From Pseudonocardiaceae bacterium (GTDB lineage: Bacteria > Actinomycetota > Actinomycetes > Mycobacteriales > Pseudonocardiaceae), in assembly GCA_050700115.1 (NCBI GenBank), contig JBOHGG010000015.1:33725-97724 (forward strand): DNA of 64,000 nt. Reading direction: 5' to 3'. How positions within the stretch are numbered: position 1 is the stretch's first letter; every line of letters begins with the position of its first letter. Of this stretch, positions 50,837 to 60,617 are shown piece after piece. Made by a program: the position numbers and the translations under genes. The notes under the pieces were generated by a model. It saw only the letters and a list, made by a program, of their open reading frames with translations. It was not told the origin of the DNA and did no database searches.

Positions 50837-52011
50837 TTCCGTGCTGTGCCGACCCGAACGTCTTGGGCCCGCGCCTTGACCTGTGCGGACAAGGTATCGA
50901 TCTGCCGAGTCAGCGCCGTCAGACCGTTCCCGCCTACCCCAGCGTCCGCGGCGGCCGGTATGCTGCTGATCCGAATGCCGACTTCCCGCCAGGCGTCGAG
51001 CACCGCCTGCTGTTCGGCGCTACCTGCACCGTACAATTCCTCGGCCTTGACGTAGGTGGTGTCGGCGAAGTCCTGGAACTGGGTTCTCGTGCTGGATGCC
51101 TTCAGCGTCTCGTACCAGATGTGCCCGGGGGCCTCCCAGGCGAAGCCGCCGATGTTCACCGCAGCCAGATAGAATGCCTTATTGGGGATACCGGAATTGA
51201 TGTGCACGCCGCCGTTGTCCCCTTCGTCGGTGTCCGGCAAGTGAACGAACTTGCTCATGTGGTCAGGTTGCGGGTCCTTGCCGAAGAGGCTGTTGTCGTA
51301 GGCCTCTCCCGGAGCCTTCAACGAGCGCAGGGCGTCCGCCCCGATTCCCGGGGTGAATATCTCGCTTCCGATGAGCCAGTCCGCTTCCGCGGCTGATTGC
51401 TGGCGCGCCCACTGCTTGACCAGCGACCCGAAAACGTCCGAAATATGCTCGTTCAGGGCTCCTGCCTGGGTGTGATACTCGAGCCCGGCGGTGTGCTCGG
51501 TGACCCCGTGCGTCAACTCGTGGGCGATCACATCGAGGGATCCGGTGAAATCAGTGAAGACCTTCCCGTCGCCATCGCCGAATACCATCTCCTGGCCATC
51601 CCAAAACGCGTTGTTGTAGTTCCTGCCGCGATGCACGTATCCATCCAGGAGCATCCCTCGTCCGTCGATCGAGTCACGACCGTGGATGTCCTTGTAGAAC
51701 TGTCGGGTGGTCCCGAGCCCGTCGAATGCCTGGTTCACGGAACTGTCGTCGGACACCGCTGCATCCTCTGATCGAACGAGTACCGCGGACGAGAGGACCG
51801 TACGGTTCTGGCAATCGAAGATGGTGCGCCGGCCGCTGGCGGGAGGGGCAGTTGCCAACGATGCCCGCACTGTGCGTTCGCCTCCCAACCGGGCGTTGCT
51901 CAGCAGCGTGCTCAAGGCGGCCTCACGAATGTCCCGATCCTCGCTCTCGAGGAGCTTCTGGAGAACGTGCGGGGGCGTGATGCAGGTGAAGGGGCGGAAG
52001 CCGCTGGTCAT
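50833..52011 (-). CDS. M4 (thermolysin/protealysin-like) metallopeptidase, no signal peptide
   Basis: HELTHGVTE zinc motif and GALNEHISDVFG. ATG at 52011. Confidence 0.85.
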   Translation of the reverse strand: MTSGFRPFTCITPPHVLQKLLESEDRDIREAALSTLLSNARLGGERTVRASLATAPPASGRRTIFDCQNRTVLSSAVLVRSEDAAVSDDSSVNQAFDGLGTTRQFYKDIHGRDSIDGRGMLLDGYVHRGRNYNNAFWDGQEMVFGDGDGKVFTDFTGSLDVIAHELTHGVTEHTAGLEYHTQAGALNEHISDVFGSLVKQWARQQSAAEADWLIGSEIFTPGIGADALRSLKAPGEAYDNSLFGKDPQPDHMSKFVHLPDTDEGDNGGVHINSGIPNKAFYLAAVNIGGFAWEAPGHIWYETLKASSTRTQFQDFADTTYVKAEELYGAGSAEQQAVLDAWREVGIRISSIPAAADAGVGGNGLTALTRQIDTLSAQVKARAQDVRVGTARK

Positions 52012-52064
52012 GCTGGGCACCTCGCACAGATAGGAGATAGGAACAGATCCTGCAGTCACGGTGG

Positions 52065-52103
52065 GCAGGAGAGCGCGACACACCGTGCAGGAGAGCGCGA
52101 CAC
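52065..52103. promoter_or_regulatory. 17-bp direct repeat x2 (GCAGGAGAGCGCGACAC, 22-bp period) upstream of the M4 peptidase gene
   Basis: Identical copies at 52065-52081 and 52087-52103, 54-92 nt upstream of the ATG at 52011. Confidence 0.5.
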
Positions 52104-52109
52104 GCGAGG

Positions 52110-52640
52110 TTAGAGGTACTGGCCGGTGCCTCGGGTGCCGGGCTCTGCGGGTTGCCCGCTGGGCTGCATCCCGGGAGGGATCGTGCCGGCGGGTAGGCCG
52201 CGGCGCATCTGCTCCAGCTGCACCCGGGCAGCCATCTGCTGGGCGAACAGGGTGGTCTGGATGCCGTGGAACAGGCCCTCCAACCAGCCGACCAGCTGGG
52301 CCTGCGCGATCCGCAGTTCCGCGTCGCTGGGGGTGGAGTCCTCGCTGAACGGCAGGGACAGCCGCTCCAGCTCGTCGCGCAGCTCCGGGGCCAGTCCCAT
52401 CTCCAACTCGCGGATCGAGGACTGGTGGATCTCCCGCAGCCGGTTGCGGCTGGCGTCGTCCAGCGGCGCGGCGCGGACCTCTTCCAGCAACTGCTTGATC
52501 ATGCTGCCGATCCGCATCACCTTGGCGGGTTGCTCGACCATGTCGGAGACGTCCCCGCCGCCCTGCTCGTCGAAGGTACCGGCGACCGCCTTGCCGTCCG
52601 GCCCGACCACAATCACCCGCTGCGCATCCGGTTCACTCAT
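52110..52640 (-). CDS. bpa: Bacterial proteasome activator Bpa/PafE (Rv3780-like)
   Basis: ATG at 52640. Helical core and a disordered tail ending in GQYL, the proteasome-docking motif. Confidence 0.8.
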   Translation of the reverse strand: MSEPDAQRVIVVGPDGKAVAGTFDEQGGGDVSDMVEQPAKVMRIGSMIKQLLEEVRAAPLDDASRNRLREIHQSSIRELEMGLAPELRDELERLSLPFSEDSTPSDAELRIAQAQLVGWLEGLFHGIQTTLFAQQMAARVQLEQMRRGLPAGTIPPGMQPSGQPAEPGTRGTGQYL

Positions 52641-52743
52641 AACCCCATCCTCCCCCAACCCCCCCGCGTGTCGTGCTCCGGTGCCCGGTATGTCGTGCTC
52701 TTGTGCCCAGATAGACCCGGTCTGGTGCCCAGACAAAACCCGC

Positions 52744-53718
52744 TCAGCCGCGGGTCGTCAGTAAGATCTTGCCGACGGCACCGCCAGCCTCCAGTAGCCG
52801 GTGTGCCTGGGCAGCCTGCGCCAGCGGCAGAGTCGCGTGCACCACGGGCTTGACCTTGCCGTCGCCGAACATCGGCCACAGCCGGGCGACGACGTCAGCG
52901 CAGATGGCGGCTTTTCCGTGTGGGCCGTCCACCGGTCGCCCGCGCAACCCGATGGCCGCGACACTGGTCCGCTTGGGCAGCAGGGCGGCGAGATCCAGCT
53001 CGGCGGTGGTGCCGCCTTGAAAGCCGATCACCACCAGCCGACCGTCCGGGGCAAGTGTTGCGAGATTGCGTGCGAGGTACCGGGCGCCCATGTTGTCGAG
53101 GATGACGTCGGCGCGGGCCTTGAGCAGTTCGGCGAAGTCCTGCTCGCGGTAGTCGATCAGGATCTGCGCGCCCAGCTCGGCGCAGCGAGGCAGCCGAGCC
53201 GTCGCCGCCGTGGTCGCGACCTGCGCGCCCAGCGCCCTGCCGACCTGGATGGCGTGGGTGCCGATGCCCCCCGACCCGCCGTGCACCAGCAGCAGCTCCC
53301 CGGCGGCGAGCCCGGCGTGCATCACCACCGTCGACCACACCGTGCAGGCCACCTCGGGCACGCCGCCGGCGGTGACCACATCCACCCCGGGTGGCACCGG
53401 CATCACCTGTCCCGCGGGCGCGGCGACCTGCTCGGCGTAGCCGCCGCCGGCCAGCAACGCACACACCTCGTCACCGACCGCGAACCCGGACGCACCCTCG
53501 CCGAGCTCGGCCACCGTGCCGGCGCACTCCAGCCCGAGGATCTCGCTGGCCCCGGGCGGCGGGGGATACCGGCCCTGCCGCTGCATCAGGTCGGCCCGGT
53601 TGACCGCGGTCGCCGCGACGTCGATCAGTATTTCGCCAGGGCCCGGCCGGGGATCGGGCTGCTCGGTGATCTGCAGCCCTTCTGGGCCGCCGTACTCGGT
53701 GATCGTGATGGCGCGCAC
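52744..53718 (-). CDS. qor: NADPH:quinone oxidoreductase (zeta-crystallin MDR family)
   Basis: NRADLMQRQGRYPPPPGAS, VHGGSGGIGT. Confidence 0.85.
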   Translation of the reverse strand: MRAITITEYGGPEGLQITEQPDPRPGPGEILIDVAATAVNRADLMQRQGRYPPPPGASEILGLECAGTVAELGEGASGFAVGDEVCALLAGGGYAEQVAAPAGQVMPVPPGVDVVTAGGVPEVACTVWSTVVMHAGLAAGELLLVHGGSGGIGTHAIQVGRALGAQVATTAATARLPRCAELGAQILIDYREQDFAELLKARADVILDNMGARYLARNLATLAPDGRLVVIGFQGGTTAELDLAALLPKRTSVAAIGLRGRPVDGPHGKAAICADVVARLWPMFGDGKVKPVVHATLPLAQAAQAHRLLEAGGAVGKILLTTRG

Positions 53719-53757
53719 GGTGCCCGACGGTAGTCGGTGCGTGGCACCGTGTGCGGT

Positions 53758-54396
53758 ATGCCCGACCCCTGGCCGTTACGGCATCTGGTGCTGCGCACCC
53801 CGCGTTTGACACTGCGCCCGGACGACGATGACGGACTTTACGAGCTGGCGGCGCTGGCTCTGTGCGGCGTGCACCCGCCGCAGGAGATGCCGTTCCTGTC
53901 CCCCTGGACGGATCAGGCGCCCGACGATCTGGTGCGCGGCACCCTGCAGTATCACTGGGGAGCGCGCTCGCGGCTGACCCCGTCGGACTGGAACGTCAAC
54001 TTCCTGGTCCGCCACGAGGGTCGGGTCGTGGGAACCCAAGGCCTGTCGGCGAAGGACTTCGCGATCACCGGGGAGGTCTCGTCCGGATCTTGGCTGGGTG
54101 CCGCGCATCAGCGTCACGGGTTCGGTACCGAGATGCGCGCCGCGGTGCTGCTGCTGGCCTTCGATCACCTCGGTGCCGCCATCGCGCGCTCCGGGGCGTT
54201 CACCGACAACCCCGCTTCGCTGCGGGTCAGCGAGAAGCTGGGCTACCGCACCGACGGCGCGAACACCTATGCCAGGCGGGGCACGGCGGCTACCGAGATC
54301 CGGCTGGTGCTCGAGGCATCGCACTTCGTCCGTCCGGAGTGGACGCCTGACGTGGACGGGCTGGACGGCTGCCGGAACCTGCTGGGCGCCCTCTAG
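53758..54396 (+). CDS. GNAT-family N-acetyltransferase
   Basis: RTPRLTLRP N-terminus and QRHGFGTEMRAAVLLLAF acetyl-CoA motif (RimJ/RimL-like). Confidence 0.7.
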   Translation: MPDPWPLRHLVLRTPRLTLRPDDDDGLYELAALALCGVHPPQEMPFLSPWTDQAPDDLVRGTLQYHWGARSRLTPSDWNVNFLVRHEGRVVGTQGLSAKDFAITGEVSSGSWLGAAHQRHGFGTEMRAAVLLLAFDHLGAAIARSGAFTDNPASLRVSEKLGYRTDGANTYARRGTAATEIRLVLEASHFVRPEWTPDVDGLDGCRNLLGAL

Positions 54397-54406
54397 GGTG
54401 CCTGGT

Positions 54407-55579
54407 GTGGCCCATTTCGGTGACCTGGCGCGGGAAATCTACCTGCGGGGCCTTGCCGGGGAGCGGCCGGACCTGCCAATGACCGCCGACGGGCTGGAGG
54501 CCGCGGCGCGGGGCGTGCTGTCCGCCGAGGCGTTCAGCTACGTGGCCGGCGGGGCGTCCACCGAGCGGACCGTCACCGCGAACCGCGAGGCGTTCGCCCG
54601 CTGGCAGATCGTGCCACGAATGTTACGTGGCATCACCGAGCGGGATCTGTCCACCACGGTGCTGGGCACGCCGATGCCGGCCCCGGTGCTCACCGCGCCG
54701 GTCGGCGCGCTTGGTCTGGTGCACCCCGACGCTGACCTCGCCGTCGCCCGGGCCGCCGCTGCACTGGGCCTGACCAGCGTGCTGTCCACCGTATCCTCGA
54801 CCGCTCTGGAGGACGTCGCCGCTGCCGCCCCGGACGCCCACCGATGGTATCAGCTGTACTGGCCGCGGGACCACGAACTGGCCGAGTCGCTGGTCGGGCG
54901 GGCTGAGGCGGCCGGTTACCGGGCCATCGTGGTCACCGTGGACACCTGGGCATTGGGCTGGCGACCGCGCGACTTGGAACTGGCTAACCTGCCGTTCCTG
55001 CGCGCCGAGGGCATCGCCAACTACCTGTCCGATCCGGTGTTCCGTTCCCGGCTGGACGCGCCGCCCGAGGAGTCGGCGCAGGCCATGCAGGCGGCCGTGC
55101 GCAGGTGGGTGGAGCTGTTCGGCAATCCCGCGCTGAGCTGGTCGGATCTGTCGCTGCTGCGGCACTGGAGCCGGTTGCCGGTGCTCCTCAAGGGGATCTG
55201 CCATCCCGACGACGCCCGGGCTGCGCTGGACCACGGGGTCGACGGGGTGGTGGTGTCCAATCATGGCGGCCGTCAGGTCGACGGGGCCCGGGCGGCGTTG
55301 GACTGTCTGCCCGACGTGGCCGCCGCAGTCGACGGGCGCGTCCCGGTGCTGCTGGACTCCGGGATCCGGTGCGGCGCTGACGTGCTGATCGGGCTGGCGC
55401 TCGGCGCCCAGGCCGTGCTGCTCGGGCGACCGTGGGTCTACGGGCTGGGGCTGGCCGGGCAGCGCGGGGTGGAGCACGTGCTGCGCGCGTTCCTCGCTGA
55501 TCTCGACCTCGCCCTGGCGCTGGCCGGCTACGCCCGTCCGGTGGAATTGAACGCGCACGGTGTCGTCAGGGACGGTTGA
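54407..55579 (+). CDS. FMN-dependent alpha-hydroxy-acid oxidase/dehydrogenase (lactate 2-monooxygenase-like)
   Basis: TVTANREAFARWQIVPRML, WYQLYWP, VVSNHGGRQVDG, DSGIRCGADV. GTG at 54407 or 54398. Confidence 0.8.
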   Translation: MAHFGDLAREIYLRGLAGERPDLPMTADGLEAAARGVLSAEAFSYVAGGASTERTVTANREAFARWQIVPRMLRGITERDLSTTVLGTPMPAPVLTAPVGALGLVHPDADLAVARAAAALGLTSVLSTVSSTALEDVAAAAPDAHRWYQLYWPRDHELAESLVGRAEAAGYRAIVVTVDTWALGWRPRDLELANLPFLRAEGIANYLSDPVFRSRLDAPPEESAQAMQAAVRRWVELFGNPALSWSDLSLLRHWSRLPVLLKGICHPDDARAALDHGVDGVVVSNHGGRQVDGARAALDCLPDVAAAVDGRVPVLLDSGIRCGADVLIGLALGAQAVLLGRPWVYGLGLAGQRGVEHVLRAFLADLDLALALAGYARPVELNAHGVVRDG

Positions 55580-55603
55580 CGGGTGATCGGTTAGCCTGCA
55601 CGG

Positions 55604-56074
55604 GTGACCAGGGGGATAGACCAGCCGCGCTGGCTCGATGATGGCGAGATGCGGGCGTGGCGGGCCTATGTGGTCGGCAAGGCACTGCTCGATTCCCGGC
55701 TGAATCGTGATCTGCAGGAGGAGCACCAGCTGGCGCTGGCCGACTACGAGCTGCTGGTTCGGCTCTCCGAGGCTCCCTGCCAGCAGGCCCGGATGAGCAC
55801 CCTGGCCGAGCAGGTCGCGTCGTCCAAGAGCCGGATCTCCCATCAGATCGGCCGGATGGAGAAGGCTGGGCTGGTGCGTCGCCAGGAGTGCCCGAGCGAC
55901 GGGCGCGGGGTGTTGGCTGCGCTCACCAGCCACGGCCTGCAGGTGTTGCGCGATGCGGCTCCCACTCACGTCCGGGGGGTCCGCGACAACCTGGTCGATC
56001 TGCTCTCCGACGACGAACGAGCCGTGCTGGCCGAGATATTCGAGCGCGTCGTCACCCACCTGCGAGGGCAGTGA
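55604..56074 (+). CDS. MarR-family transcriptional regulator
   Basis: LADYELLVRLSEAP..MSTLAEQVASSKSRISHQIGRMEKAGLVRR winged HTH. Confidence 0.8.
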   Translation: MTRGIDQPRWLDDGEMRAWRAYVVGKALLDSRLNRDLQEEHQLALADYELLVRLSEAPCQQARMSTLAEQVASSKSRISHQIGRMEKAGLVRRQECPSDGRGVLAALTSHGLQVLRDAAPTHVRGVRDNLVDLLSDDERAVLAEIFERVVTHLRGQ

Positions 56075-56178
56075 CCCCACCCCCTCCCGGTCGGCCTGCC
56101 CCCGAATGGCGTAGTAGGTTCCTCCAACCAACCCGGGCGGGGTGCGCGCGGGCCTCACGGCATCGAGTGGTGGAGTTC

Positions 56179-57243
56179 ATGACAGATCCGGCAGCACGGG
56201 TGGCAGCCAATGAGTTGGGTGCCAACAGCGCCCCAGTAGACACCCCTGTAGACGCCTCAGTAGCCGCCCCAGCAGATGGTCCAGTAGATGGTCCAGTAGC
56301 TGGGACGGTGGAGGGCCCGGTGCGTGGCCCGGAGAGCCCGCTGCCCGAGGAACGCCTCGCCCCGCCGCCGCCCCGGCTGAGGGTGCCCGGCCAGGTTCCT
56401 GAGCTCAAGCCCGACACACCGATGCAGAAGGTCGTTCTGCCGGGGCTGGTAGAGCTGACCCTGGGCAACGTGGTGGTGCCGGACCGGTTCAACCCACACC
56501 GGATCGCTGGTTTCGTCACCCGGCTGGAGGACGTTCCGGCCAGCTCGTCGTCCGAGCTCGCCCGGCGCTACGGGCTGGACCAGGTGGCGGGCTGGCCGGT
56601 CAACGACGAGCTGTACGTGCTGCGCTTTTACGCGCACAGCCCGCAGCTCTACATCGCTCCCTTCGAGCGCAGCGTCTATCAGGTCGATCTGCTCGAACTC
56701 CCCGCCGGCACCGAGTTGTGGCGGATCGACGCTCATGGTGATGAGCAGCGGGTGGGCGCGTACCTCAACCGGCAGGTCGGGTGGGTGAGTACCGCGCGAC
56801 CGCTGCTGGGGCCGGGGGGGTGGAACCGGCCGCCGGTACCGTTGCGGCCCACTGTGCGCCGCGGCCTGGTCGTGCACTACCGCGGTGGGGACTTCGACGC
56901 CGACTTCGGCCCTCGCCCTGGCGAGGTGACCCTGCACCCGCTGCCCGGCAAGCGTCCGCCGAAGGAGTTCACCGAGCAGGCCGGCGCCTGCACCCTGTCG
57001 GTGATGATCAGCGAGCTCGACTCCCTGGACCTGGTCCGCTGGCGTGGCGGGTGGAGAGGCCTGCCGGTGGAGCTGCTGGAGTCCGGTCCGGAGTACGCCG
57101 TGATCCACTACATCGGGGAGAATGGTTCGCGGGCAGCCGAGTTCGGCCTCGCGGAGGTCGACTACCGGGTATGGCGCGGGGCTGTGCCGCACAGTGAGCT
57201 GGCGGACGTGCAGGAACAGCGCGTGGAGCTGCAAGCCTCGTGA
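56179..57243 (+). CDS. Hypothetical protein with a low-complexity PVD-rich N-terminus
   Basis: 354-aa ORF with normal coding composition. No recognised motif. Confidence 0.5.
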   Translation: MTDPAARVAANELGANSAPVDTPVDASVAAPADGPVDGPVAGTVEGPVRGPESPLPEERLAPPPPRLRVPGQVPELKPDTPMQKVVLPGLVELTLGNVVVPDRFNPHRIAGFVTRLEDVPASSSSELARRYGLDQVAGWPVNDELYVLRFYAHSPQLYIAPFERSVYQVDLLELPAGTELWRIDAHGDEQRVGAYLNRQVGWVSTARPLLGPGGWNRPPVPLRPTVRRGLVVHYRGGDFDADFGPRPGEVTLHPLPGKRPPKEFTEQAGACTLSVMISELDSLDLVRWRGGWRGLPVELLESGPEYAVIHYIGENGSRAAEFGLAEVDYRVWRGAVPHSELADVQEQRVELQAS

Positions 57244-57278
57244 GTGGTCTGACCGACCACCCGCTAGCGTGCACGATC

Positions 57279-57366
57279 GGAAGCGTGGCAGAGCGGTCTA
57301 ATGCACTCGCCTTGAAAGCGAGAGGTGGGCAACCACCCGGGGGTTCGAATCCCTCCGCTTCCGCCA
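57279..57366 (+). tRNA. tRNA-Ser (anticodon UGA), CCA encoded
   Basis: Acceptor GGAAGCG/CGCTTCC, anticodon arm CTCGC-CTTGAAA-GCGAG, long variable arm GGTGGGCAACCACC, T-arm GGGGG-TTCGAAT-CCCTC. Confidence 0.9.
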
Positions 57367-57549
57367 TCGCTGACCAGGCACGATGGTGACCGGCATGGTC
57401 ACTCTCCTCGCGTGGACCAGTCTCGGGCTAGTCCGCTCCTCGTTCCAAAAGTCCATGCCCGGCCGATAGGCTGACCACCTCAGCGCAGGGCAGCGGTCAC
57501 TCTGACAGACGTCGTGGTGGGCTGCCACAGGGAATGTGACACTGGCCGC

Positions 57550-58443
57550 GTGTCTTGGGTGGGAATTGGCGAGCGTATCGCGGTGTATCGGCGTCGACGT
57601 GGGCTGAGTCAGGCAGCACTGGCCGGTCTGGTCGGAGTCGTGGCTGTCTCAGGTCGAGCGCGGGATCCGCTCGGTGGATCGCCTGTCCGTGCTGCTTGAC
57701 ATGGCGCGCATCCTGCACGTCGATGTGGAGTCGCTGATCGGCCGGCCTTGGCAGCTGGCCCCGAATGGTGGCGGGGTTGCCTAGGGCCTGGACACGGTCC
57801 GGCAGGTCATGACCCGGTATGACCACCTGCTCGGCGCGGACGCTCCTATCATGCCGCCATTGCCCGAATTGCGCGGCCAGGTCGCGACGCTGCACCAGGA
57901 TTACCAGGCCGCTCGGTATGAGACGGTCGTCCGTCAGCTCCCGGATCTCATCACACTGATCGACGGGGTACCACGGATCGCCGCCGACGAGCGGGGCGAG
58001 ATGCTGTGCACCTACGTATTTGCCTACGTTGGTGTCGCGAAGCTGCTGACCAAGTTCGGCGTGACCGATCTTGCCGTGCTCGCGGCGGACCGGGCAGCGA
58101 CGATCGCGGTTGAGGCCGACTCGCTCGGCGCCCGGGGGATGGCTGCATACCAGGTGGTATGCGCTCAGCTGCGGGCAGACCACACCGACGAGGCGGAGCG
58201 GCTCGCCGTGCGTATGGCCGAGAAGATCCACGAATCGGCCACGACCGAGACCCCGAAGCTGGCTTCGGTTGCCGGTGCGTTGTGGTTGATCGCGGCGGTG
58301 GCCGCCGCGCGGAACGCTGCGCCCCGGAGGCGATGCGGTACAACGCGATGGTCTGTGACCTGTTGCGCGAGATGCTCGCCCGCGCACGCCGCCCGAACAG
58401 CGTCCTGCACGACCTCTCGGTACGCGCGGGCGTGCTGGACTAG
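57550..58443 (+). pseudogene. XRE-family regulator pseudogene
   Basis: The HTH reading IGERIAVYRRRRGLSQAALAGLVG jumps frame near 57635 to SWLSQVERGIRSVDRLSVLLDMARIL. In-frame TAG at 57782-57784. A second frameshift near 58310-58325 precedes the end at 58443. Confidence 0.75.
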
Positions 58444-58450
58444 GCCGTCG

Positions 58451-58868
58451 GTGCCCGCGCATCTCGCACTCGTCGCCTGCGGCGCGCCGCTCGCTGCCCG
58501 CGCACACGATGTCGCAGCACAGGCGGTCGAAGCCGGTTGGATCGTGCGCGTGGTTGCAACACCTTCGGCAATGAACTGGGTAGACGCTGACCGAGTCGAG
58601 AAGGTCACCGGGTTTACTGTGCTCGTCGAGCAGCGCCAGCCCGGACAAGCTAAGCGGTTTCCTCCACCGGCTCAGGTCATCGTGTGTCCCGCCACGTTCA
58701 ATACGGTGAACAAGCTCGCCGTCGGGATCATGGACAACTACGCCGCGGGCCTGCTGTGCGAAGCCCTCGCTTCACAAACCCCGATCACCATCGCACCGAT
58801 GGTCAACAATCGCCTGTGGTCGCACCCCGTCTGGCAACGCAATCTAGACGTGCTCACCGCAGCGGGGG
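58451..58868 (+). pseudogene. Flavoprotein (PF02441-like) gene truncated by an IS insertion
   Basis: HLALVACGAPLA..VIVCPATFNTVNKLAVGIMDNYAAG..PMVNNRLWSHP. The reading frame runs into the IS3 terminal repeat at 58869. Confidence 0.6.
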
Positions 58869-60222
58869 TGAGCCACCCCAGGTTTTGTACCGCCCTTAGA
58901 TTGTGTGTGATGCCGCCGGGGTGGCGGCGTCGGTTGGAGCGTAGTAGGCGGCTTCGGCTTCGGCCGGTGGAATGCGGCCGAGGCGATGCATGAGCCGCCG
59001 GGTGTTGTACCAGTGGACCCAGGCTGAGGTGATCTCCTCCAGGTTGGCCAGGGTGCGGATCGGGCCGCGTCGGAACGGGGAGCCGGCGCGGACGCATTCG
59101 GTCTTGTACAGGCCGATCGTGGTCTCGGCGAGGGCGTTGTCGTAGGCGTCCCCCACGCTGCCGATTGACGGTGTCAGGCCCTCCAGGAACAAGGTTTGTC
59201 CGAAGTGGACGGCGGTGTACTGGGAGCCTGCGTCGCTATGGTGAATCGCCCCCTCACCCAGCGGGCGGCCCTGCCGGCGCCGGTAGGCGACGGCCTGCCG
59301 GATCGCCGCCTCGACCAACCCGGTGTGCTTGCTCGTCGAGCATTCCCAGCCGGGGATCAGCCCGGCGTAGGCGACGAACGCGGTGTAGCCGAACCCGCCG
59401 CCGGCCAGTGGCACGTAGGTGAAGTCGGCCACGTGCAGCAGACCGGGCGCCGCGGCATGGAACTGCCGGTTGACCAGATCCGGCGCCCGGGTCGCAGCGG
59501 GGTCGGCCACCGTGGTGCGCACCTTCCGAGCCCGAGTGGCGCCGCGCCACCCGTTCGCGCGCATCACCCCGCTCCACCGTGCACCGGGCCACCTCGATGC
59601 CCTCCCGGTTTAGGTACGCCCACATCTTCGTCGCCCCGTACAGGCACTCCGGCGGCCGCCGCCCCTGCTCATCCGGCTCGTAGTAGCCGGCCAGCACCTC
59701 GGCGATCGCGGCGTCCCACAGGGCCCGCTTCGACGGCGGCCGGGCCAGGTGCGCCCGGTAGGTGCGCGGGGCGATCTGCACACCCAGCACACCCAGTGCC
59801 CGGCAGATCGGTGCGACCCCGTGCTCCTGCCGTCGCCAGGCAATGAACTCGCAGATCAGCGGCATTGCGGGTCGCACTCCCGCACGAAGAAAGCCGTGGC
59901 CTCTTTCAAGATCTCGATCGTGCGCTCCAGCTCGCCGTTCTTCCGCTTCAGCTCCCGGATCTGACGAGCCGACGCCGTCGTCACGCCCGCCGCCTCCCCA
60001 GCTTGCACTTCGGCCTGACGAAGCCACTTGCGCAGCGTCTCCGCGCTCATCCCCAACCGGCCGGACACGGCCTTGATCGCCGCCCACTCGGTTTGCGTAG
60101 TCACCCACGTGATCACGGACCAGCCGGACAGCCTTCGCCCGGGTCTCCCTGCCGTAGCTCCTGCCTGACATCGCGCCATCCTTCCCAAGATCGGAAAGGG
60201 GTACGAAACCCGGGGCGGTTCA
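58869..60222 (-). mobile_element. IS3-family insertion sequence, degenerate (1354 bp)
   Basis: Imperfect terminal inverted repeats TGAGCCACCCCAGGTTTTGTACCGCC (58869) and TGAACCGCCCCGGGTTTCGTACCCC (complement, ending at 60222). OrfA (WAAIKAVSGRLGMSAETLRKW..IRELKRKNGELERTIEILK) and OrfB (DDE domain HSDAGSQYT..YDNALAE). Extra frameshifts near 60100 and 59570, besides the expected -1 OrfA/OrfB shift. Confidence 0.85.
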
Positions 60223-60617
60223 GACCAACTCCCTGCCGGGTCCATCGTCACCGTGAGCCAGCCGGAGTGGCCCTCGCGGCGGACATCCCCTGTCTTGTAC
60301 GGGCACATCCAACCCGCTGGACTGCCAGCAGTCGGCGTCGATTGCTTTGGTTGCCAGGTCGGCTCTCCGCTCATCACATCGTGGGTATGTCTGTACTTCG
60401 CGTGTTCCACAGGCCCATAGTGACTATCCACATCTTTGACTAGGGAATACGTTGCCGCACGCGAGAACTGTCCACAGCCGGTGACCCGAATTTCCGGGTT
60501 TATCCACAGTCAGCGACTTGTTGTGCCCGTAGCGCTCCCCAACCGGGCTTGGCTAGGGTGCACTTTCATTCACACCGTCCGTCGTATGGGTACTTTACCA
60601 TCTTGTGAGGCTTCCTC

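Noticed and set aside
54623-56158. 511-aa minus-strand ORF.
   Set aside because: It is antisense to the FMN-dependent dehydrogenase and MarR genes. No motifs, Arg/Pro/Gly-rich.
57497-58648. 383-aa minus-strand ORF downstream of the tRNA.
   Set aside because: Arg-rich shadow frame opposite the recognisable, though frameshifted, XRE regulator and flavoprotein reading frames.
60403-60508. Chromosomal origin of replication (oriC).
   Set aside because: No dnaA, dnaN or other origin-linked genes are nearby. The cluster is small and lies inside an island next to an IS.
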